From: the human T2T-CHM13v2.0 reference genome, Homo sapiens
Reading direction: 5' to 3' (one strand)
DNA: 64,000 nt
NCBI RefSeq assembly: GCF_009914755.1
Contig: NC_060925.1
Part shown: positions 60,871 to 64,000 of the stretch, piece after piece
Layout of the letters: each line of letters starts with the position of its first letter
Numbering within the stretch: the first letter of the stretch is position 1
The notes under the pieces: model-generated
Told to the model about the DNA's origin: nothing
Seen by the model: only the letters and a program-made list of their open reading frames with translations
The model's database searches: none
Made by a program: the position numbers and the translations under genes

Positions 60871-61812
60871 ATTCTTTGTTATGGAAGGATTTGCCACAGA
60901 TTTCCTTCAAATGCTCTGCTCCACTTAAATGTATCAATTCACATGGAACTTCCTAGGAGCTCAGATATTAGCTAAGATAAACAACATATATGAAAGGATA
61001 GTATTTTTCATTAAATTTAACCCAGGGACATGTGGTTCTCAATGGGAGTAGGATGGGGAGGAGGGCACTGCTTCCCAGTGTGATGGCTTTTGGAAACATA
61101 TGAGCTGTCTTTGGTCCACATATACTAGCTAAAGATCTCTGGGTGAGTGACATTTACCTTTCATAATATAAAGAACACTGCTAGTTAGTATTATCTATAT
61201 ATAAAATGTATAGAATATTAACTGATTTCAAAAATGGCAGCAATGCTCATTTTCACATAAGCATTTAGAATGAAACATTGATGAGATTTGTGATATATGT
61301 TCTTATGCAATTACTGTTTTTATTCAGCATAATGATTTGGAATGATGCCTAATAAAATAAATGGTTGACCAGAAGATTAATAATGTGTTGGTTTCTCAAT
61401 AGAAGAGGAGGAAAACATGTTTTTAAGATTCTTACCAATAAGGTAAAGTATTCCTTCAGGTTGTTCATTCATTCATTCTATCTATTTATTCAGCAAACAT
61501 TTAATGAATGTCTGTTATGTCCATTCTGCTTTATTTATTTATTCATTTTGTGTTTGTTTTAATTTTATTCCTCTTTTATTTTTGATTTTTCTTGTTACAT
61601 CTTCAAGGGAGAACATTCTGCTTTATCTAATCTGTATCTAATACAATGATTGATAGATTGTTAAGCACAATAATAGGTGCTTAGCAAAAGAACATTGGAT
61701 CATGGATTGATGAATGAGTGGTAGTTGAATAATAAATACATGATCCCTGCTTTGTAGAAATTTATACCCCAGTGGGTTAGAGAGATGGTTTGGGAGACAG
61801 AAAAAAACTGTC

Positions 61813-64000
<2,188 letters not shown>

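Overview
Primate (most likely great ape or human) AT-rich intergenic or deep-intronic DNA made mostly of transposable-element debris. I found no intact protein-coding gene, RNA gene or CRISPR array. Every long ORF in the track is LINE-1 ORF1/ORF2, MaLR internal sequence, Alu, an antisense reading of a transposon fossil, or low-complexity noise. Elements present: a young L1PA2/early-L1HS-type insertion; a dead full-length L1PA; two 5'-inverted L1s; a tailless L1PB fragment; a full-length THE1A inside Tigger2a; several solo LTRs; an ERVL remnant; a Charlie8 transposase fossil; Alus, MIRs and L2s; and two 3'UTR-only retrocopies. The real interest is structural. (1) The first 2.9 kb record an old inversion that split three nested repeats. 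(2) Inside it, the young L1 carries a 25-nt 3' transduction behind a mutated poly(A) signal and a fully reconstructable double template-switch 5' junction. (3) An internally primed L1 sits between perfect 16-bp TSDs. (4) Charlie8, a retrocopy and an L1 form a three-layer nest. (5) Two tail-to-tail L2 ends form a hairpin resembling the miR-95 family architecture. I do not see evidence for a new gene system. Subfamily and parent-gene names come from my recall of consensus sequences, not a database search, and boundaries of old repeats are approximate.
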